Assembly (NCBI GenBank): GCA_045632845.1
Contig: JAZQXL010000023.1
Location: forward strand, 8,485-72,484
Direction of reading: 5' to 3'
Length of the DNA stretch: 64,000 bases
Origin: Alphaproteobacteria bacterium
GTDB taxonomy: Bacteria; Pseudomonadota; Alphaproteobacteria; CAAHEQ01; UBA3637
The translations under genes were made by a program, and so were the position numbers. The notes under the pieces are model-generated. The model was not told the origin of the DNA, made no database searches, and worked only from the letters and a program-made list of their open reading frames with translations. Shown piece by piece: positions 38,047-47,111 of the stretch. How positions within the stretch are numbered: position 1 is the stretch's first letter; the number at the start of each line of letters is the position of its first letter.

Positions 38047-38230
38047 ATTAACTCCACACGATCAAAAAATATACAACACCACACACATTTTACAAATGCG
38101 TGCACTTCAAAACATAAATTTATTGAATGAAAACAAAAATATACCCAAAAATTCAACATGTCAACATAAAAAAATATCTTGAATAAAAAAATAAAAAAAG
38201 ATATCTTTTAATCCAAAGAAAGAGAAAAAT

Positions 38231-38797
38231 ATGCCTCAAATTATCGAATGTGAAGAAAAGTTTTTTTGCAATCATACCCCTACTCTTTTTCATTTTATTG
38301 AAAAAGAACTCGGATTTCATTTTCAAAAAAAAGTTTTTGAAACAGATACTTATTTTAAAGATAAAAACAACAAATATATTCAAGCGGATACCTGCTTGCG
38401 TCTTAGAGAGTCAAATTCACAACTTTTAGAGCTCACATCTAAAAAGATGCTTCACAAAAATGACCGTATCAAAATTGAAAAAACATACACTTTTTCACCC
38501 CTAAAAAAAGAAAGAATCCTCTCCCTTTTAAAACGAATCGGAATAAGTCCCTATTGTACTGTTTTTAAAGAACGATTTATCTATACATTAGAAAAAGAAA
38601 ACTTATTATATAGCGTTATGATTGATATTGTTAACGAAAAAACATCTTTTTTAGAATTAGAAATTGTTGCAAATTCTAACAATATTAATCTTGAACAAAA
38701 ATTAAATGCCTTTGTAGCATTGTTTCAAAAGTTTAACTTAAAAAAAACATCTCAAAATTATAGAGATTTCACAATTGAAACTCAATTAAAAAAATAA
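38231..38797 (+). CDS. CYTH-domain protein (class IV adenylate cyclase / triphosphatase fold)
   Basis: 188 aa. N-terminal IECEEKF (ExExK), CLRLRE, LTSKK and FLELEIV motifs typical of CYTH. Confidence 0.6.
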   Translation: MPQIIECEEKFFCNHTPTLFHFIEKELGFHFQKKVFETDTYFKDKNNKYIQADTCLRLRESNSQLLELTSKKMLHKNDRIKIEKTYTFSPLKKERILSLLKRIGISPYCTVFKERFIYTLEKENLLYSVMIDIVNEKTSFLELEIVANSNNINLEQKLNAFVALFQKFNLKKTSQNYRDFTIETQLKK

Positions 38798-38814
38798 AAC
38801 CATAAAAAAAGCTA

Positions 38815-38843
38815 TTGACATTTATTTTGAATAAAGATATATT
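38815..38843 (+). promoter_or_regulatory. sigma70 promoter TTGACA-17 nt-TATATT of the perR-rbr operon
   Basis: Consensus -35 at 38815-38820, 17-nt spacer, -10 TATATT at 38838-38843. Confidence 0.6.
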
Positions 38844-38870
38844 CCTTATTAGGAATTATTACTAATAAGG
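38844..38870 (+). promoter_or_regulatory. palindromic operator candidate (Fur/PerR-box-like)
   Basis: Perfect 9-bp inverted repeat CCTTATTAG (38844-38852) / CTAATAAGG (38862-38870) around an AT-rich 9-nt core. It starts right after the -10 box, and its right arm contains the RBS of the Fur-family gene. Confidence 0.55.
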
Positions 38871-38875
38871 TTAAA

Positions 38876-39256
38876 ATGGAAAGAAATACAAAACAAAAAC
38901 AAATTGTTATGAATGCATTAGAGAGCCTTTGCCATCCAACAGCACAGGAAATCTACGACTTTGCAAAAAAATACCAACCAAATATTAGTATGGGAACTGT
39001 TTATCGAATTTTGGGTATTTTTGAAGAACAAAATAAAGTTCTACACATTAAAATTCCTAATAAAGCTGATTGCTATGACTATAATTCTCATCAGCATTAT
39101 CATTTAACTTGCAAAAATTGTAAAAAAGTATATGATGTTCCTATGCCATATTTATCTGAACTTAACAAAAAAACAGATGAATACTTAATAGAAGATCATA
39201 TTATTTTATTTAACGGCATATGTGCCAATTGTCTAAAAAACAAGGAAGGAAAGTAA
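38876..39256 (+). CDS. Fur-family transcriptional repressor, PerR-like
   Basis: 126 aa. Winged-helix segment [18 protein letters not shown], and two CxxC pairs (CKNC, CANC). It lies directly upstream of rubrerythrin. Confidence 0.8.
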   Translation: MERNTKQKQIVMNALESLCHPTAQEIYDFAKKYQPNISMGTVYRILGIFEEQNKVLHIKIPNKADCYDYNSHQHYHLTCKNCKKVYDVPMPYLSELNKKTDEYLIEDHIILFNGICANCLKNKEGK

Positions 39257-39258
39257 AC

Positions 39259-39804
39259 ATGACAGAAAATTTAAAAGGTACAAAAACAGAAGCAAACTTA
39301 TGGGCAGCATTTGCTGGTGAATCACAAGCTCGCAATAAATACACATATTATGCTTCAAAAGCAAAAAAAGAAGGGTATGTCCAAATTGCAAAAATCTTTG
39401 AAGAAACAGCAGATAATGAAAAAGAACACGCTAAAATCTGGTTCAAACTTCTTCACGATGGCGATATTCCTTCAACAGGAGCAAATTTAGAAGATGCTGC
39501 AGCTGGTGAAAACTACGAATGGACAGATATGTACGCTGGTTTTGCAAAAACAGCTAGAGAAGAAGGATTTACAAAAATTGCTGCTCTTTTTGATATGGTT
39601 GGAAAAATTGAAAAAGAACACGAAGAAAGATATCGTAAACTCTTGTCAAATGTTGAAAATGGTTTAGTTTTCTCACGTGATGGTGATATGATTTGGCAAT
39701 GTTCTAACTGTGGCCATATTGTCATTGGCAAAAAAGCTCCAGAAATGTGCCCAGTATGCTCTCATCCAAAAGCATATTTCCAAATCAAAGCTGAAAATTA
39801 TTAA
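39259..39804 (+). CDS. rbr: rubrerythrin
   Basis: 181 aa from [14 protein letters not shown] (RBS AAGGAAGGA). Di-iron ExxH motifs ([18 protein letters not shown]) and a C-terminal rubredoxin-like CSNCGH...CPVCSHP. Confidence 0.92.
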   Translation: MTENLKGTKTEANLWAAFAGESQARNKYTYYASKAKKEGYVQIAKIFEETADNEKEHAKIWFKLLHDGDIPSTGANLEDAAAGENYEWTDMYAGFAKTAREEGFTKIAALFDMVGKIEKEHEERYRKLLSNVENGLVFSRDGDMIWQCSNCGHIVIGKKAPEMCPVCSHPKAYFQIKAENY

Positions 39805-39820
39805 TTTTGAAACTCCTTAC

Positions 39821-39857
39821 AAAAAGGGCACCCGTAAATTACGGGTGCTCTTTTTAT
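39821..39857. terminator. bidirectional terminator after rbr and the convergent small gene
   Basis: Stem GGGCACCCGT (39826-39835) / ACGGGTGCTC (39841-39850) with loop AAATT. A5 upstream and T5 downstream. Confidence 0.75.
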
Positions 39858-40135
39858 TTTCTCAATTTAATAGCTCCACGAACATCATCCCCTGCTCGTC
39901 TAATATCGTTTTGAATAGTGCCTGAAACCGCATCTAAAAGTGTTGTATTCTCTTTTTGAGCTGTTTTTATGGCATTTTCTTCAGCCAACTGATCATCATT
40001 TAACTCATATACAAGTTGATCCCCAGCTCGTTGTAAATCATTTTTTAAAAAAGACTTTTCCCGCTCATTTTCATAATAAATGGATACAACATACAATACC
40101 CCCAACAAGCCTAATAAATAAAGAAATATTTTCAT
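39854..40135 (-). CDS. small membrane-anchored hypothetical protein
   Basis: 93 aa. N-terminal TM (IFLYLLGLLGVLYVVSIYY) followed by a charged helical region with the repeated RAGDxL/V motif. AAGGA lies 9 nt upstream. Confidence 0.4.
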   Translation of the reverse strand: MKIFLYLLGLLGVLYVVSIYYENEREKSFLKNDLQRAGDQLVYELNDDQLAEENAIKTAQKENTTLLDAVSGTIQNDIRRAGDDVRGAIKLRK

Positions 40136-40223
40136 TCAGTTTATCCTTTTTGTTGATTTGCTTTTCTTTTCAAATAATACCCCTCAAAAAAAATTCAACA
40201 ACCTATATACTTAATAATTTTAC

Positions 40224-40253
40224 TTGATTTTATTTCTTATTTTTACCTATAAT
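40224..40253 (+). promoter_or_regulatory. candidate promoter TTGATT-18 nt-TATAAT upstream of the Mic60-like gene
   Basis: TTGATT at 40224-40229 and TATAAT at 40248-40253, 32 nt before the ATG at 40285. Confidence 0.35.
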
Positions 40254-40284
40254 ATCTTTATGTATATAAAAAGAGGAGAAAAAA

Positions 40285-41235
40285 ATGAACGCACGCAAAA
40301 AAGAAACTGAAGAGATAACTCAAATCACTGAAAGTTTATCGAGCCCTACCGCTACAAAAGCTCGTTCAAAACGTCTTTCAAGAATTGTTAAACCTATATT
40401 AATTACGAGTCTTGCTGCACTTTGTTTAACTGGTGGCATTGTTTTACATAAAATACATACTATTGAAAAACAACGGACAGGGCAAAAAATAGTCAAAACT
40501 TTCAAACAAGAAAAACCTTTTCAACTAGGTATTTCAAAAACGCACCATCAATCAACACCTATCAAAATTTTCAATGAAATACCCAAAATTGAAAGTGTTG
40601 AACAAACAAAAGCTCTTAAACCAGCTGAAAAAGAATCTCTCAATATTAATGAAATTGTAGCAACAGAACACCTTCCTTTAAAAAACACCCCTCTTTTACA
40701 AGAACCTCTCAAAGAAGCTCAGGAAATTGGTTTTTCACTTGCTGACGCTCTTTTGTTTAAAGAACATTTTCTTACAGAAGAAAGCTGTTTTGAAGATTAT
40801 CAAAAATTATTGAGTACCACTCATAAAACAGCTCTGACAGATGATGTATTAAACAATTTATCTCCTTATTGCTTAAGCAACCAAAGCGCTATCAAAAATG
40901 TAAGAGATGCATTTTTAAAGAATAAGAAAAAAGCCCTTATCGTTTATTACAAAGAAAACAACCCTAGTTGGATTGCTTATTTAAAAGCGATACCAGCATC
41001 TCTGGTTGAAATTAGGAAAATCAATCCAACTGAAAATACACCCAAAGATTTAATTTATAAAGCTCAAAATGAAATTGACAGCCAAAACATTTCAAAAGCG
41101 ATTGATTTAATTACAAAATTACCACTCACAATGCAACAAAAAATGACTGATTTTTATAGAGAAGCGGCTATTTACAATCGTGCTAAAAACAGTATCGATC
41201 AGCTCATTTTATCATTTGAAGTTAAAGGAGAATAA
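40285..41235 (+). CDS. membrane-anchored protein, alphaproteobacterial Mic60/mitofilin-like (by position and architecture)
   Basis: 316 aa. Charged N-terminus, one TM (ILITSLAALCLTGGIVL), long helical region, and a C-terminal segment AIDLITKLPLTMQQKMTDFYREAAIYNRAKNSIDQL. It lies immediately upstream of the HemY-like gene, as reported for alpha-Mic60. Confidence 0.45.
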   Translation: MNARKKETEEITQITESLSSPTATKARSKRLSRIVKPILITSLAALCLTGGIVLHKIHTIEKQRTGQKIVKTFKQEKPFQLGISKTHHQSTPIKIFNEIPKIESVEQTKALKPAEKESLNINEIVATEHLPLKNTPLLQEPLKEAQEIGFSLADALLFKEHFLTEESCFEDYQKLLSTTHKTALTDDVLNNLSPYCLSNQSAIKNVRDAFLKNKKKALIVYYKENNPSWIAYLKAIPASLVEIRKINPTENTPKDLIYKAQNEIDSQNISKAIDLITKLPLTMQQKMTDFYREAAIYNRAKNSIDQLILSFEVKGE

Positions 41236-41237
41236 CT

Positions 41238-42422
41238 ATGTTAAAACTTATTCTTTTCATGATTGCCATGTTTGCAACAGGCTTTTTAATTGTGCAAGAA
41301 AACTGGGATATTACCATCTTAGCTTTTGGATATGAAATAACCCTCTCAACGGTCTTGCTCATTGTTTTAATTGCCATTGGCGTTTATTTACTCAGGCTCA
41401 TCAAAAAACCATTCTTATATTTGTTTGGCATCAAAAATAGAAGAGCTACTTCTCACTTGGTAAAAAAAGAGGCTTATTTAACATTTGTTTTAGAAACCAT
41501 TTTGGATCAAAATAATGCATCCATTGCTCGTATTCAAAAACAAAAAACCGCTTTATTTCCCAAAAAAGATATCAAACAATTATTATTAAATGCACTTTTT
41601 AATCCTTCAAAAAGTGTTTTTGAAGAACTTTCAAAACACAAAGAAACAGAACTTGCAGGCATCAGAGGTCTTTATTTTGAAGCAAAAAAAACAGGCAATT
41701 TAAAGGAAGCAGAAATCATCCTTTCAAAAGCAGAAAGAAATCATCCAAACGTTTTTTGGGTTATTCGTGAAAGTTATGACATTGCCATTTTGCAAAATGA
41801 TGCAGATAAAGCCCTCTTTTTGATTGATGAACTTTTAAGATTAAAACAAATTTCAAAAGAAGATTACACCCATCAAAAAGCTGCATTGTTCTTTTTAAAA
41901 GGAAAAATTAAAGAAGCTTATCAATTGAACAAAACATGTCCTGCTTTTGCTGTTGCCTATGCAAAAGAAAATAAAGACAACGCTCAAAGCATCCTTTTAA
42001 CTTCTTGGAACAAAGAGCCTTCATGGGATGTGTACGAAGCTTATATGGATTTGTTTAAAAACCAACCAAGCGACAAGCAACTTAAAGTGGTCAACAAATT
42101 GATTTCTAAAAATAAAGAATTTAGAATTTCTCTTTTAGCTCTTGCTGATACCGCAATTAAAAATGAAAAATGGCGTATGGCAAAAGAAACTTTAACAGCT
42201 TATTTGCAATCCTATCCGCTCACAAAAAAAGTTGCACACATGATGGCTCAAGTTTCAAGACTTGGCTGGCACCATGAACAAGAAGCAAAGGAATGGGAAC
42301 AAAAAGCTGTTGAAACAGATGATAAATTTGGATGGACATGTATTGAGTGTTCACAAAACACTGCTGATTGGCATCCAATCTGCCCTCATTGTAATAAAGT
42401 TGGAAAAATAATTTATCGTTAA
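41238..42422 (+). CDS. HemY-like TPR membrane protein with C-terminal zinc ribbon
   Basis: 394 aa. Two N-terminal TM helices, a TPR-like helical body, and C-terminal GWTCIECSQNTADWHPICPHCNK (CxxC...CxxC). Confidence 0.62.
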   Translation: MLKLILFMIAMFATGFLIVQENWDITILAFGYEITLSTVLLIVLIAIGVYLLRLIKKPFLYLFGIKNRRATSHLVKKEAYLTFVLETILDQNNASIARIQKQKTALFPKKDIKQLLLNALFNPSKSVFEELSKHKETELAGIRGLYFEAKKTGNLKEAEIILSKAERNHPNVFWVIRESYDIAILQNDADKALFLIDELLRLKQISKEDYTHQKAALFFLKGKIKEAYQLNKTCPAFAVAYAKENKDNAQSILLTSWNKEPSWDVYEAYMDLFKNQPSDKQLKVVNKLISKNKEFRISLLALADTAIKNEKWRMAKETLTAYLQSYPLTKKVAHMMAQVSRLGWHHEQEAKEWEQKAVETDDKFGWTCIECSQNTADWHPICPHCNKVGKIIYR

Positions 42423-42437
42423 AAATCCTCATTGGTA

Positions 42438-42467
42438 AAAAAAGCGCCTTTTTAGGTGCTTTTTTTA
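42438..42467 (+). terminator. rho-independent terminator after the HemY-like gene
   Basis: Stem AGCGCCT / AGGTGCT (one G-U pair) with loop TTTT, followed by T7. Confidence 0.55.
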
Positions 42468-42493
42468 TTGTTTAAAAAACAACCATATAAAGG

Positions 42494-42528
42494 CAAAAGA
42501 AAATCACCAATAAATTTGGTGATTTTCT
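42494..42528 (-). terminator. rho-independent terminator after accC
   Basis: 12-bp arms AGAAAATCACCA (42498-42509) / TGGTGATTTTCT (42517-42528). On the minus strand the hairpin runs into TTTTCTTTTGCC. Confidence 0.6.
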
Positions 42529-42582
42529 CTTAATGCAATTGATTAATAATTAATTATATCAGATTGAATCTTTTAAATTTTA

Positions 42583-43944
42583 TTACTCAATTGGCTCATC
42601 TTTTTTTTGTGATTTAATAAACTCTTCCAACCAATGGATATTATACTCACCATCAATAAATTCAGGACGAACAATAATCCGTTGATGCAAAGGAATAGTT
42701 GTTGAAATTCCATCAATCACAAACTCTTCAAGAGCACGTCTCAAACGCATCAATGTACCATTACGAGTACGTCCATGAACAATCAATTTAGCAACCATAC
42801 TATCATAACAAGCAGGTACTTTATAGCCTGTGTACATACCCGAATCAACACGAACTGAAAGACCTCCTGGAGTGTGCCACAAACCGATTGTTCCTGGTGA
42901 AGGGATAAATGAAACAGGATCTTCTGCATTGATACGACATTCAATTGCACAACCTGAGAATTTAATATCCTCTTGCGTATACCCAAGTGCTGCACCGCTT
43001 GAAACGCGTAATTGGTCACGAACAATATCAACACCTGTAACCATTTCTGTAATTGGGTGTTCCACTTGAACACGTGTGTTCATTTCAAGGAAATAAAACT
43101 CACCATTTTCATACAAGAATTCAATTGTACCAACGTTTGTGTAACCCAATTTTTTCATTGCATTAACAGCAATTTCACCAATTTTTTTGCGTTCTGCAGC
43201 ATTTAATGCCGGTGAAGGTGTTTCTTCCAACACTTTTTGGTGATTACGTTGCAATGAACAATCTCGTTCCCCTAAATGGACAACATTGCCAAAATTATCT
43301 GCAATAATTTGAATTTCAATATGTCGTGGTGTTTGCAAATATTTTTCAATATAAACAACATCACTTGCAAAAGAATTTCTAGCTTCATTTTTAGCCAATG
43401 TAAAAGCTTCAACCATTTCAGTAGCGTTATGGGCAACTTTCATCCCTTTTCCACCGCCACCAGCAGCAGCTTTAACAATCACAGGATAACCAATTTTTTC
43501 ACCCCAAGCCAAAGCTTCTTCAGTTGTTTTAACATCACCATCAGAGCCAGGAACAACAGGAAGACCAGATTCAATTGCTGCTTTTTTTGCAGTAACCTTA
43601 TCACCCATCAAACGGATCATTTTTGGACTTGGTCCAATAAATGTCATCCCATGAGCTTCAATCATTTCAGCAAAATCTGCATTTTCTGACAAAAAACCAT
43701 ATCCTGGGTGAATAGCATCAGCACCAGTCATCATAGCAGCAGATATAATGGCTGCTTTATTTAAATAGGAATCTTTTGCAGCTGCTGGACCAATACAAAC
43801 AGCTTCATCAGCAAGTTTAACATGCATTGCATCTGCATCAGCTGTTGAATGAACGGCAACCGTCTTAATGCCCATCTCACGACAAGCTCTATGAATACGT
43901 AGTGCAATTTCACCACGGTTTGCTATTAAAACTTTTTCAAACAT
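42583..43944 (-). CDS. accC: acetyl-CoA carboxylase biotin carboxylase subunit
   Basis: 453 aa. MFEKVLIANRGEIALRI start, ATP-grasp motifs (GYPVIVKAAAGGGGKGM, EMNTRVQVEHPITE). Confidence 0.96.
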   Translation of the reverse strand: MFEKVLIANRGEIALRIHRACREMGIKTVAVHSTADADAMHVKLADEAVCIGPAAAKDSYLNKAAIISAAMMTGADAIHPGYGFLSENADFAEMIEAHGMTFIGPSPKMIRLMGDKVTAKKAAIESGLPVVPGSDGDVKTTEEALAWGEKIGYPVIVKAAAGGGGKGMKVAHNATEMVEAFTLAKNEARNSFASDVVYIEKYLQTPRHIEIQIIADNFGNVVHLGERDCSLQRNHQKVLEETPSPALNAAERKKIGEIAVNAMKKLGYTNVGTIEFLYENGEFYFLEMNTRVQVEHPITEMVTGVDIVRDQLRVSSGAALGYTQEDIKFSGCAIECRINAEDPVSFIPSPGTIGLWHTPGGLSVRVDSGMYTGYKVPACYDSMVAKLIVHGRTRNGTLMRLRRALEEFVIDGISTTIPLHQRIIVRPEFIDGEYNIHWLEEFIKSQKKDEPIE

Positions 43945-43946
43945 TC

Positions 43947-44399
43947 TTATTCCATACTAAATAAAGGTTGGTTGTATTCTACTGGAGAGCCATTTTCAAC
44001 TAAAACAGCTTTAATCGTACCTGCTTTTGTTGCTTTGATTGGATTGAATGTTTTCATTGCTTCAACCAAACAAATTGTTTGTCCAACAGAAACTTTGTCT
44101 CCTGGTTTTACAAAAGCTGGAGATTGTGGATCTTTAGACAAATAAACAATACCAACCATTGGTGATAAAATATCATTTGAAGCAACTGCCACTGGTTTAT
44201 TTTCATGCACAGCAGGAACAGAAACTGTTGGAACAACAGGAACTTGTGCTGGTGCAACCGTGCAAATATCTGTAGAGCTTGCTTTTGGTCCCACAATTCT
44301 GATATGAACCCCATTGGATTCATAATCAATTTCTGACAAATTGTTTTCGTGTAATAAATTTGCCAACTCTTTAATTGCTTCTTTTTGTTCTTTTTCCAT
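43947..44399 (-). CDS. accB: acetyl-CoA carboxylase biotin carboxyl carrier protein
   Basis: 150 aa. Biotinylation motif LVEAMKTFN and a Pro/Ala/Val linker. accB-accC operon. Confidence 0.92.
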   Translation of the reverse strand: MEKEQKEAIKELANLLHENNLSEIDYESNGVHIRIVGPKASSTDICTVAPAQVPVVPTVSVPAVHENKPVAVASNDILSPMVGIVYLSKDPQSPAFVKPGDKVSVGQTICLVEAMKTFNPIKATKAGTIKAVLVENGSPVEYNQPLFSME

Positions 44400-44552
44400 A
44401 TTTTCACCTCATTTTTTAATAAACATGAAACTCTTTTATAATATTTTACTTAAAAATGCAAGCAAGAAAAAAAGAAACTTTTGTGACGAAAAAAATTTTT
44501 TTAATATCATTTTTTTGTAGATTTAAAAAAAAAGACTTGTTATGATAGAATT

Positions 44553-46715
44553 ATGTTTTGGGACAAAGGGAAAAAATATTACGAAATTCTTTTAAATGTT
44601 GAAGATGACGCTCGTCAAATTCGCACATTTAATAATACACTCATCGCCACTAATTTAAAAGGCAAAGAACTTTTTGGCGAAATGGAAAACCCCTTTTCTT
44701 TCTTAAAAGATGCTGAAAATCCACAAAGCGTTCAAAAATTAATAGATGCTTATTGTACACAAACCCCTATTGAAATGGAATTTAAAACGCCTCAATCAAT
44801 TTACAGCGTTTCTTTAAAAAGAATAAAAAAAGCCATTTTAATCACAGCCAAGGATAAAACACCTGATTATGCTTTGCATTTAAGCATTACAAAACAGTTG
44901 GAATTTATGTCTGATGTGTTAAGCACTTTTACAGATCCAATTTATCTAACAGACAAGATTGGAACACTTATTTATGTAAACAAAGCATTTTGTTTACTCG
45001 CAAACACATCTTTTGACGATGTACTTGGAAAAAATATAAATACTTTTATTCTAGATGGATCCCCTGATTTTATGGGTCATTGGCATGGATTATTATCTTT
45101 TAAAACAAAAGATGGATACAAACTGCTTTGCGCACATCAACGCCCTTTTGAAGCACACAATTCCCTTTATTTTTCGGGCATTTTAAAAGAAAAAGAAACC
45201 ATCTCAAGTGAAAAAAGCTTATATCTTTTCAATGAATCCCCTCTTCCACTTGCTATTGTGTCTGGAGTAGATTACCAAATCATCCAAACAAACAAAGCCT
45301 TTATTTCAACATTCAAACAAAATGACGATGCTCCCCAAAAAACAAATATCCTTGATTTATTTTCTGAAAATACACGCGATGTTTTTGCTTCAAAACTAGA
45401 TAAACTAACTTCAGGCCTATCCAAAACAGAACGGATTGAAGCTATCAGCACACCTGAATTTGGCTCCAAAACCTTTGGCATTTTTATAAGTTTCACAAGT
45501 GTTGAAAAAGACACTCTTATTATCTATTTAATTGACGCATCAGAACGCAAAAATTTGGAAATGCAATTTGCCCATGCTCAAAAAATGCAAGCTGTTGGAC
45601 AACTTGCTGGCGGCATCGCACACGACTTTAACAATTTGTTAACAGCAATTATTGGCTTTTGCGATTTATTGCTCCAACGCCACAATCCTAATGATCCTTC
45701 CTTTTTGGATATCATGCAAATTAAAGGAAATGCCAATAAAGCATCTGGACTTGTGGGACAGCTCCTTACTTTTTCAAGAAAACAACCAAGTAAAATTCAA
45801 CTTTTGAATTTTCATGATGCATTTATTGACATATCAACCCTTTTACAAAGAAGTATTTCACCTTTTATAACACTTAAAACAGAAATGAAACGCACCCTTG
45901 GATTAGTAAAAATGGATCCAAACCAGTTAACGCAAATTTTCTTAAATTTAGCGGTCAATGCCAAAGATGCGATGAAAACAGGCGGAACGCTCAAAATATC
46001 TGCAACAAAAGAAAAACTCAAAAAAGCTAAACCTTGTGGCAGTGATATGATCCAATCTGGTGATTATATTAAAATAATTGTTTCAGATAACGGAAACGGC
46101 ATATCACAAGAACACCTACCTCACATCTTTGAACCTTTTTTCACAACAAAAGAAGGGGTCACCGGTTCTGGAACAGGTCTTGGGCTTTCTACGGTTTATG
46201 GGATTATCCGAGCAACTGGAGGCTACATTTCTGTTGATAGTGAAAAAGGGATTGGGACAACATTTATCATTTATTTACCACGAATTGACCAACCCAGTGA
46301 AACATCTGTTGAGCATAAAACTATTCGCCCTGTCTTTACCCCTTCTCCATTACCCTCTAACATTTTGCTCGTTGATGATGAAGATGGCGTTAGACTGGTC
46401 GTGGCTCGTTTGCTTAAAGCAAAAGGTTTTTTGGTAACCGAATGTGCAAACGCAGAGCAAGCTCTTGAAGAACTCGCAAAAAAAGAAGATTATACACTTC
46501 TTATCACTGATATGATTATGCCTGGCATGGATGGGGAAACACTCATTAAAAAAGCAAGAGAAGCTTATCCAAGATTAAAAGCTCTTCTTATGAGTGGATA
46601 TTCTGAAGATATGGCAAGACACAGTTCTTTAGAAAGTAAAGACCTTTCATTTATCGCAAAACCTTTTGAATTAAATCAATTAATCGAAAAAGTGTATGTA
46701 ATACTTGAACAATAA
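44553..46715 (+). CDS. cckA: hybrid sensor histidine kinase/response regulator, CckA-like, without predicted TM segments
   Basis: 720 aa. PAS-like repeats, H-box QLAGGIAHDFNNLLTAIIGFCDLLL followed by DPSFLDIMQIKGNANKASGLVGQLLTFSRKQ (CckA-like by memory), HATPase N/G boxes (NLAVNAKDAM, DNGNGI, GTGLGLS) and a C-terminal receiver (ILLVDDEDG...ITDMIMPGMDG). The family call is firm. The cckA orthology is tentative. Confidence 0.6.
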   Translation: MFWDKGKKYYEILLNVEDDARQIRTFNNTLIATNLKGKELFGEMENPFSFLKDAENPQSVQKLIDAYCTQTPIEMEFKTPQSIYSVSLKRIKKAILITAKDKTPDYALHLSITKQLEFMSDVLSTFTDPIYLTDKIGTLIYVNKAFCLLANTSFDDVLGKNINTFILDGSPDFMGHWHGLLSFKTKDGYKLLCAHQRPFEAHNSLYFSGILKEKETISSEKSLYLFNESPLPLAIVSGVDYQIIQTNKAFISTFKQNDDAPQKTNILDLFSENTRDVFASKLDKLTSGLSKTERIEAISTPEFGSKTFGIFISFTSVEKDTLIIYLIDASERKNLEMQFAHAQKMQAVGQLAGGIAHDFNNLLTAIIGFCDLLLQRHNPNDPSFLDIMQIKGNANKASGLVGQLLTFSRKQPSKIQLLNFHDAFIDISTLLQRSISPFITLKTEMKRTLGLVKMDPNQLTQIFLNLAVNAKDAMKTGGTLKISATKEKLKKAKPCGSDMIQSGDYIKIIVSDNGNGISQEHLPHIFEPFFTTKEGVTGSGTGLGLSTVYGIIRATGGYISVDSEKGIGTTFIIYLPRIDQPSETSVEHKTIRPVFTPSPLPSNILLVDDEDGVRLVVARLLKAKGFLVTECANAEQALEELAKKEDYTLLITDMIMPGMDGETLIKKAREAYPRLKALLMSGYSEDMARHSSLESKDLSFIAKPFELNQLIEKVYVILEQ

Positions 46716-46729
46716 ATTAAGGAAATAAT

Positions 46730-47104
46730 ATGAATAAAATAGCAATATCTTTTAATGATCTTTATATTTTTATGCTTATTGGTGGAACTCTTGCTCTTGT
46801 CTATTTATTTTTGTTATGGCACACTGTTTCAACACTTGCTCGTGCAAAAAGAAAAAATTTAGTTCTGTTTATTTCAGCTGCATTAAGAATTTTTTTGATT
46901 ATATTTGTTGCACTGGTCTTTGCGGGTCAAAATTTATCACATTTTTTACTCATTATGTGCGGATTTTTGCTAACAAGAATAATTTTATTAAAAATACTTA
47001 AACCTGCATTGAAGAAAAAAATCACATCTTCTGAAATTTTGTATGCTGATAACAAAAAAACAACTCAAATTCAACTTAAGCAACAAAAGAAAAGAAGAAG
47101 GTAA
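46730..47104 (+). CDS. small membrane protein, AtpR-like (N-ATPase subunit family) with Lys-rich tail
   Basis: 124 aa. Pattern IGGTLALVYLFLLWHTV ... ISAALRIFLIIFVALVF ... LIMCGFLLTRIILL resembles the AtpR consensus (GGLWWTV ... R in TM2 ... GFLLAR). RBS AAGGAA. It starts 14 nt after the kinase gene. No ATPase genes are nearby. Confidence 0.4.
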   Translation: MNKIAISFNDLYIFMLIGGTLALVYLFLLWHTVSTLARAKRKNLVLFISAALRIFLIIFVALVFAGQNLSHFLLIMCGFLLTRIILLKILKPALKKKITSSEILYADNKKTTQIQLKQQKKRRR

Positions 47105-47111
47105 TCTTCTT

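Noticed and set aside
38160-38215. Short inverted repeat ATATCTT ... AAGATAT upstream of the CYTH gene.
   Set aside because: It has only 7-bp AT-rich arms with a 17-nt spacer in very AT-rich DNA. That is within chance expectation, and there is no associated regulator.
38153-38383. 76-aa minus-strand ORF spanning the sulP/CYTH intergenic region and the CYTH gene start.
   Set aside because: It is a Phe/Lys/Ile-rich chance frame in AT-rich promoter DNA, and it overlaps the well-supported CYTH start.
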